The notes under the pieces were generated by a model. The model was not told the origin of the DNA, searched no databases, and was given only the letters and a program-made list of their open reading frames with translations. Shown here piece after piece: positions 6,888 through 11,909 of a stretch of 11,909 nucleotides of DNA. The stretch is from Candidatus Heimdallarchaeota archaeon (GTDB lineage Archaea > Asgardarchaeota > Heimdallarchaeia > Hodarchaeales > Hodarchaeaceae). The first letter of the stretch is position 1, and every line of letters begins with the position of its first letter. Both the position numbers and the translations under genes were made by a program. The stretch is from positions 1-11,909 of the forward strand of contig DXJL01000194.1 in assembly GCA_019057635.1 (NCBI GenBank), written 5' to 3'.

Positions 6888-8684
6888 TTGGTGATTTACT
6901 TGGATATATCGTTCCTTAAAGAGTTGATTTCATGTGCACGAGGGGAAATTCCATCTGATATTCTTATTCAAAACGGGACACTGGTCAATGTTATCACACG
7001 AGAGACGTATTTGGCTGATGTCGCAATTTATAGGAATAGAATAGCTAATGTGGCAGAACCAGGCATTCTTGATCCAGCAAATAGTAATAATATTATTAAT
7101 GCCCAAGGAAAATATATTTCTCCTGGATTTATCGAATCTCATTTGCATATTGAAAGTACCATGCTTCCACCATCTGAATTTGCCAAGTTAGTTGTCCCCC
7201 ATGGAACAACAACTGTGATAATGGATCCTCATGAGATAGGCAATGCATTGGGAGAGGAAGGCCTCAAACTTCTTCTTGATCTTGCAGAAAAACAGCCATT
7301 ACGTCTATTAATTGAAATTCCTTCCTGTGTTCCTGCTGCCCCTGGACTTGAGACAACCGCTTTTACCATAGATGATCATGCGATCGCAGATATGATTCAG
7401 AATGAACCACGTTTCTATGGATTAGGCGAAGTGATGAATTATCCAGGCGTCTTAGCCAAGAATGATAGCGTTCTGAATAAGGTACTTCTAGGAAAAAAGC
7501 TTTCAGTAATTGATGGTCATAGCCCAGGTGTTTCAGGAAGAGATTTAGATGCTTATATTGCAACAGGGATAAAATCTGACCATGAAAGTACAACAGGGGA
7601 AGAACTACAAGAGAAATTAAGGAAGGGTATGACTACCATGGCAAGAGAGGGATCCTTCACTAAAGACCTTCACAATGTGTTAAAATTCGTTAAAGACAAA
7701 GATCTTGACTTACGCAATTGTACACTGTGCTCTGATGATCGAAATGTCATTGATCTAGTGGCTAATGGTCATATGAATTCTCATATTCGAATGGCTGTTA
7801 CAGAAGGGATAGATGTTTTAACTGCGATTCAGATGGTAACTATTAATGCAGCCACATACCTAGATCTCCATAATGAAATTGGTTCGATTGCCCCAGGAAA
7901 AATTGCAGATGTTGTGCTTTTAGATGATTTAAAAGATATGCAAGTCTCAACGGTTATTTCCAATGGAATAATAGTTTATTCAAACAAAGAGGTCTTGTGG
8001 GAGTTTTCACTAACTTCTCTTCCTGATTGGGCTCAAGACACAATAAAACTCATGACTCCTCCCTCATCAGAACACTTGAGAGCAAAAACTTCACTCAATG
8101 ATGACATGTATTCCGTAAAGGTTATAGGTGTAATTCCGAATTCAGTTCTAACTGATCTAAAGCATATTAATTTAGAAGTAAGGGATGGATGGATTCGACC
8201 GAATCCAAAAGAAGATATACTGTCTATTTCTGTTCTTGAAAGATATGGTGTGAACGGTAATATTTCTAATGCATTCATTCAAGGATTCAAGATAACCGCA
8301 GAGCGATTTGCTATGGCTACGACTGTGGCACACGATAGTCACAATTTGTTAGTGGCTGGCACGAATCATGAAACTATGATAGAAGCTGTCAAACTACTAC
8401 AAAATATAAAAGGTGGTTATGTCGTTATTGCTGATGAGAAGGTTGGCAAAGTTTCCCTTCCTTTTGGCGGTTTAATGAGTACTCAATCTTATCAAATTCT
8501 ACTCCATGAGTTAGAGGTAATTAATAGAATTTTTACGGACGGAGTATCAAGTTTTGATGAACCACTGATGGCCTTATCATTCATGGCACTACCAGTAATT
8601 CCACATTTGAAGATCACCGATAAAGGACTCGTAGATGTGGATAAATTCGCTTTTACAGAATTGATAGATGATCTATCTTTATAA
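6888..8684 (+). CDS. ade: Adenine deaminase (amidohydrolase superfamily, AdeC type); true start may be TTG at 6900
   Basis: PGFIESHLHIEST (HxH metal site), DPHEIGN, PSCVPA, LGEVMNYPGV, DGHSPG, SDHE, CSDD, GSIAPGKIAD, TVAHDSHNL, FMALPVIPHLKITDKGL. GGTGAT at 6890-6895 looks like an archaeal SD for the in-frame TTG at 6900. Confidence 0.95.
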   Translation: MVIYLDISFLKELISCARGEIPSDILIQNGTLVNVITRETYLADVAIYRNRIANVAEPGILDPANSNNIINAQGKYISPGFIESHLHIESTMLPPSEFAKLVVPHGTTTVIMDPHEIGNALGEEGLKLLLDLAEKQPLRLLIEIPSCVPAAPGLETTAFTIDDHAIADMIQNEPRFYGLGEVMNYPGVLAKNDSVLNKVLLGKKLSVIDGHSPGVSGRDLDAYIATGIKSDHESTTGEELQEKLRKGMTTMAREGSFTKDLHNVLKFVKDKDLDLRNCTLCSDDRNVIDLVANGHMNSHIRMAVTEGIDVLTAIQMVTINAATYLDLHNEIGSIAPGKIADVVLLDDLKDMQVSTVISNGIIVYSNKEVLWEFSLTSLPDWAQDTIKLMTPPSSEHLRAKTSLNDDMYSVKVIGVIPNSVLTDLKHINLEVRDGWIRPNPKEDILSISVLERYGVNGNISNAFIQGFKITAERFAMATTVAHDSHNLLVAGTNHETMIEAVKLLQNIKGGYVVIADEKVGKVSLPFGGLMSTQSYQILLHELEVINRIFTDGVSSFDEPLMALSFMALPVIPHLKITDKGLVDVDKFAFTELIDDLSL

Positions 8685-8713
8685 AATGCAAACCAATAAC
8701 ATCAATCCATTGG

Positions 8714-9103
8714 ATGCAGTTACATATGGAAATTAAAGAGTATTGTATTTACTCGCTTGATTTCGCCTATTCACGGATTTCTCATAGCACTAATGTAGAG
8801 ATTGATCTTAGAGGAGTTCTGAGCTATCATACAAAAGATTTAGATTTGCTTTCACAGGTTACGCGAGGAAACCTAGATCTTGACTCTGTTAATGTTTTTC
8901 TTTATTTTCAAATTCAAAGACATATTGATTTGATACTCAAGGATATAAAAGAGGACGAAATTGTTAATCAAAGGCCTGTTATCGTCAACCGCATAAAAAT
9001 GATTGTAAGAAACGAATTAAAAGAGATAGGTCTTGAATTTGTAAATTTCAAGCAGATTTCGTTATGGAGTCACGGAGCGACAGCAAGAGGAATTGCGGGA
9101 TAG
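8714..9103 (+). CDS. Small SPFH/Band-7-like domain protein (no TM anchor, no coiled coil); alternative start ATG 8726
   Basis: VEIDLRGVLSYHTKD...IQRHIDLILKDIKEDEIVNQRPVIVNRIKMIVRNELKEIGLEFVNFKQISL parallels the SPFH core pattern (v.vD.vv.Y.i.D ... lR.vig...ldEi...R..i...i...l...l...Gi.v..v.i..i). Recognised by eye. Confidence 0.65.
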   Translation: MQLHMEIKEYCIYSLDFAYSRISHSTNVEIDLRGVLSYHTKDLDLLSQVTRGNLDLDSVNVFLYFQIQRHIDLILKDIKEDEIVNQRPVIVNRIKMIVRNELKEIGLEFVNFKQISLWSHGATARGIAG

Positions 9104-9113
9104 TCAGAAAATT

Positions 9114-10076
9114 TTAGTTTTTGATCTCTTTCTTGATAGTCCTCACCTCAAAAGCTCGTAATTGCACTTGTTCTACACTAGGTGAGTATTTATGATGGCC
9201 TTGTGATTCCACAAAATAAGAAGCTAGTGAAGCTGCTAATTTAGCGGTTTCGTCAATTGGTTTCCTTTTTGACACTCCAAAAATTAATCCCGCACGAAAA
9301 GCATCTTGCCAACCTTCATTGGATATTTCATCCGTGATCGGCCCTTCTGTTACTTTAATATTCATGTTTTTAGCATGAACTATTACTTTAGAGCGATTTA
9401 CCATGGATATAATATATTTAAGACGGGGGTATTTTTGAAAGAAATCAGAACGAGTTACTTTTGCCTTCTCTTCTAGCAACTGCAATTCGGTTTCTTCACA
9501 TACGAAGATTGATACTTTTTCTAATATTTGGGAAACCCTCCATTGGGAAACCTCTCTAATATTCCCATCGGGGGAATATACAATAGGAATACCTTTGTTT
9601 GATTCATGGAGATAATTCAGAAATTTAACATCTGCTTCAACCTTTCCAGTTCCAACAAATATCACGCTGAATTGATCAAGAAGTTTAGGAGGCACTATAA
9701 CATTTATAGATTGCTCTGCAAGATAATTATAGCAATTATTCTGCTGTACTCTTATATACTGATCTTTCTCGTCCATCAGATGAAAATTACATGCAGTTTC
9801 TCTTTCTGAGTCCTGAAACAGCTTTAATTTTACTCCCAACTGCTCAAAATAGGGTTTTAAATCCCATTCAAAATCTTTACCTACAATAGAAGTGAGAGTT
9901 GGTGAACTACCTAGCACTGTCAACCCATATACGATATTAGAGGCCATTCCATCAAATTCTCTTTTTGCTTCTCCAGCTTGGAGCGTAGTTGATTCGGTGA
10001 AGGTCTTAAAATCACTAAAAATCGTAAATTTTAATTTATACGCGACTTTACCAATTACTAAGATATTAGAACTCAT
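9114..10076 (-). CDS. PfkB/ribokinase-fold protein (nucleoside/adenosine kinase-like) with degenerate active-site motifs
   Basis: ILVIG N-terminal strand, GMASNIVYGLTVLG, IVGKDF, ETACNF and DAFRAGLIFG...LAASLAS..VE..G match the PfkB architecture. Start placed at ATG 10076 (AGGA upstream) rather than the ORF-track GTG at 10097. Confidence 0.85.
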   Translation of the reverse strand: MSSNILVIGKVAYKLKFTIFSDFKTFTESTTLQAGEAKREFDGMASNIVYGLTVLGSSPTLTSIVGKDFEWDLKPYFEQLGVKLKLFQDSERETACNFHLMDEKDQYIRVQQNNCYNYLAEQSINVIVPPKLLDQFSVIFVGTGKVEADVKFLNYLHESNKGIPIVYSPDGNIREVSQWRVSQILEKVSIFVCEETELQLLEEKAKVTRSDFFQKYPRLKYIISMVNRSKVIVHAKNMNIKVTEGPITDEISNEGWQDAFRAGLIFGVSKRKPIDETAKLAASLASYFVESQGHHKYSPSVEQVQLRAFEVRTIKKEIKN

Positions 10077-10116
10077 TTTCTTAATTCCTGCGTACACTTG
10101 GCTATAAATGGGCTAT

Positions 10117-11007
10117 TTATGATGACCTAACTAGAATACTAGCATAACCAACAGTATAATCCCCTCCTGGGCGTATATCAGTACTGTTAGCATATTTCAG
10201 GATTTGTACAGAGGTAGTACCCAGGTTTTTTGCAGTTTGAATGAGGATAAATATCGGAGCATATCCACACATTGTCATTCTTATTCTCTTTCGAAACTGT
10301 TCTGCCTCTTTGAGATTCATTGACTCTAAATAGGATAACATTGCTCTATCATTCTTAACAACAAGATCATAATTGTTTTCATGTGAGAAATCGCTACTAG
10401 CCACTATTAGAATACGCTTTTCAGTATGTGATTTTATATAATTACTCAAAAAAGTGGAAAGAGTGGATACTGTTGAATCAAAGGATTGATCTCCTAGGCA
10501 AATAGGTGCTATCTCAAATTCATTTTTGTAAAGATATTGCAAAAAAGGCAATTGTATATCTATTGAATGTTCATTTACATGTGCGACTCGCTCGAACCCA
10601 ATTCGATTCTGGATTGATCCAAAATCGTAGGTCTTAGCATATTCCACGAATTCAGTATCAACCTTCACAGATCCAAGAGGATTACGCCAATGTCCTTCTG
10701 GATAAAATGAAATTGGTGCACCCAATCCTTGATGATTAGGCCCTAATATCACGATGGTATTAACCTTTTCTATTCGCTTATATACTTCTGCAAAGCCATG
10801 AGATGCAATAGATCCGCTATACACATACCCTGCGTGGGGAGAGACTATTCCTATGAGATTTGGGTCAACATTCCTATTTTCTAAATCTTCCAGAGGATCT
10901 TTCCCATACCCCCATTGCTTATCAAGAAATAAATTGCGAATTTGTCGCGTTAAGGTTTTTTCGGATCCCTCATACCAACTACCTGCGTGTCGACTTTGTC
11001 GTTCCAA
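10117..11007 (-). CDS. amrB: MEMO1-family protein (AmmeMemoRadiSam system protein B)
   Basis: R...HAGSWY, IVSPHAGYVYSG, ILGPNH, W.NPLG.V.VD, EHSIDIQLPFL, VASSDFSH, TMCG, Y.NS.D, VGYAS. The putative metal-binding His/Asp/Cys residues are intact. TTG start. Confidence 0.93.
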   Translation of the reverse strand: MERQSRHAGSWYEGSEKTLTRQIRNLFLDKQWGYGKDPLEDLENRNVDPNLIGIVSPHAGYVYSGSIASHGFAEVYKRIEKVNTIVILGPNHQGLGAPISFYPEGHWRNPLGSVKVDTEFVEYAKTYDFGSIQNRIGFERVAHVNEHSIDIQLPFLQYLYKNEFEIAPICLGDQSFDSTVSTLSTFLSNYIKSHTEKRILIVASSDFSHENNYDLVVKNDRAMLSYLESMNLKEAEQFRKRIRMTMCGYAPIFILIQTAKNLGTTSVQILKYANSTDIRPGGDYTVGYASILVRSS

Positions 11008-11020
11008 TTTCTCATCCCAG

Positions 11021-11058
11021 CATTATTTTTGTATTATGTTACATTATTTTTGTATTAT
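11021..11058. repeat. Direct tandem repeat, 2 x 17 bp, period 21
   Basis: CATTATTTTTGTATTAT at 11021-11037 and 11042-11058, identical copies. Confidence 0.9.
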
Positions 11059-11532
11059 TCTAAAATGCTTCCCTCTTTTCACTCCATATTTTTCTAAGGT
11101 ATCCTTATTTTTGTCCTTGATAGTGAAATCCCCAGTATCTTTTCTAAGATAACCAACATAAATCTTTTGATTATCAATTTCAAGCCATAAATGGATGAAA
11201 TTTTCAAATTGAGGATCCTCAGATTTGTTAATTCTGAATTTACCTAATTTTTTTCCTTCATCTGTGATTTCTAATTTGAATTCTTCTTTAAGCTTCTGTT
11301 TAGACTGTTTTACTCCTGTTTGAAGTTTTTGGGGCTTACGAAGCTTTTTTTCTTCTTCATCAAGATAAGAAATTGCTAATTGTGTTGCAGCTTCAATAGC
11401 TTCTTGAGTTGAAGAAGGATCATTTACATTTAGTTCAAATTCAATGAAAATCTCCTCAGGCTCAAATTTACGAACGATAATCTTTCTACTTCGTCCTACA
11501 CGTTTCGGGACAACCTGCCATTTATCTTTCAA
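11044..11532 (-). CDS. Hypothetical Lys/Glu-rich two-domain protein
   Basis: 162-aa ORF co-oriented with MEMO1, TTG start preceded by GAGTGGA. Beta-beta-alpha-like N-domain, Lys/Gln linker and beta-rich C-domain. Confidence 0.78.
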   Translation of the reverse strand: MKDKWQVVPKRVGRSRKIIVRKFEPEEIFIEFELNVNDPSSTQEAIEAATQLAISYLDEEEKKLRKPQKLQTGVKQSKQKLKEEFKLEITDEGKKLGKFRINKSEDPQFENFIHLWLEIDNQKIYVGYLRKDTGDFTIKDKNKDTLEKYGVKRGKHFRIIQK

Positions 11533-11641
11533 TATTATCCACTCTAGATTTAAATGTTAAAGAAATCATCCTGTCTCTTATCTTACTTGATCCAATTTAA
11601 AATCCATAAAACCTCTCCCTCTCCTTTAGGATATCTGGTGG

Positions 11642-11657
11642 TTTATAAAATATTCGG
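11642..11657 (-). promoter_or_regulatory. Candidate archaeal promoter (BRE + TATA) for the minus-strand gene run
   Basis: Minus strand reads CCGAATAT-TTTATAAA, resembling BRE followed by TTTAWA. The TATA core TTTATAAA (11642-11649) is palindromic, so the direction is inferred only from the BRE-like flank. Confidence 0.4.
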
Positions 11658-11909
11658 AGCTAAAACTACTCGGGGGTCAATATTGTTGTCGGAAAGATTG
11701 ACAGATATGGACAACTAGGACAAGATGACATTAAGGAAAGAAGAGAAGGCAAGATATCTTAGGAAAAGGGGGCAGAGATTAAAATACATGATTAACAGAG
11801 TGTTCAACCGATCTCATGGGGTTATACCTAAAATGACGCGCTATGTACCTTCTTGATATTCGAATAACGGGAAACAAGCAAATTTGTTGTAGATTCCAGG
11901 GCTTAGTAG

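Noticed and set aside
6930-8278. Three minus-strand ORFs (6930-7148, 7363-7593, 8033-8278)
   Set aside because: All are antisense inside adenine deaminase and have no independent support.
11021-11058. Direct repeat as a mini-CRISPR
   Set aside because: Only two 17-bp copies separated by 4 nt, with no spacer-length unique sequence.
9606-11152. Four plus-strand ORFs (9606-9809, 9892-10107, 10853-11152, 10860-11063)
   Set aside because: Antisense shadows of the PfkB-like, MEMO1 and 162-aa genes.
11636-11670. Resemblance of TTCGGAGCTAA...CTAC to a fluoride riboswitch
   Set aside because: The conserved 5' GAUG and 3' UGAC pseudoknot elements are missing, and no fluoride-related gene is adjacent.
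11841-11909. Possible 3' end of an upstream minus-strand gene (...LLSPGIYNKFACFPLFEYQEGT*)
   Set aside because: Only 22 codons are visible and another minus frame is also open at the edge, so it cannot be supported without flanking sequence.

Overview
AT-rich, gene-dense prokaryotic window with 11 well-supported CDS. It is probably archaeal, inferred from a stand-alone Lrp/AsnC RAM-domain protein, a MEMO1 homologue, GGAG/GGTGA ribosome-binding motifs, TTTATAAA-type TATA boxes and oligo-T tracts after genes. An Asgard/Heimdallarchaeia-like origin is plausible but cannot be proven from this window. Gene order: 5'-truncated ThiP/FbpB-type ABC permease and its ATPase (+); stand-alone Lrp/AsnC ligand-binding domain (-); TPR protein, XPD/DinG-family Fe-S helicase, 282-aa unknown, adenine deaminase and a minimal SPFH-like domain (all +); then a convergent minus-strand run of 162-aa unknown, MEMO1 (AmmeMemoRadiSam protein B) and a PfkB-fold protein. 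No CRISPR array, rRNA, tRNA, transposase or integrase is visible. Most notable observations: (1) the PfkB protein has lost nearly all substrate- and ATP-binding motifs and is a probable pseudokinase; (2) the SPFH-like domain has no membrane anchor or coiled coil; (3) the helicase and the adjacent unknown share both a 12-nt pre-start motif and an identically positioned C-terminal LADL[LI][ST]K motif, next to a TPR protein; (4) a 17-bp tandem duplication copies a stop-codon region; (5) the right end holds a candidate uORF and a possibly structured non-coding segment. All calls come from reading motifs by eye; no database search or folding program was run.
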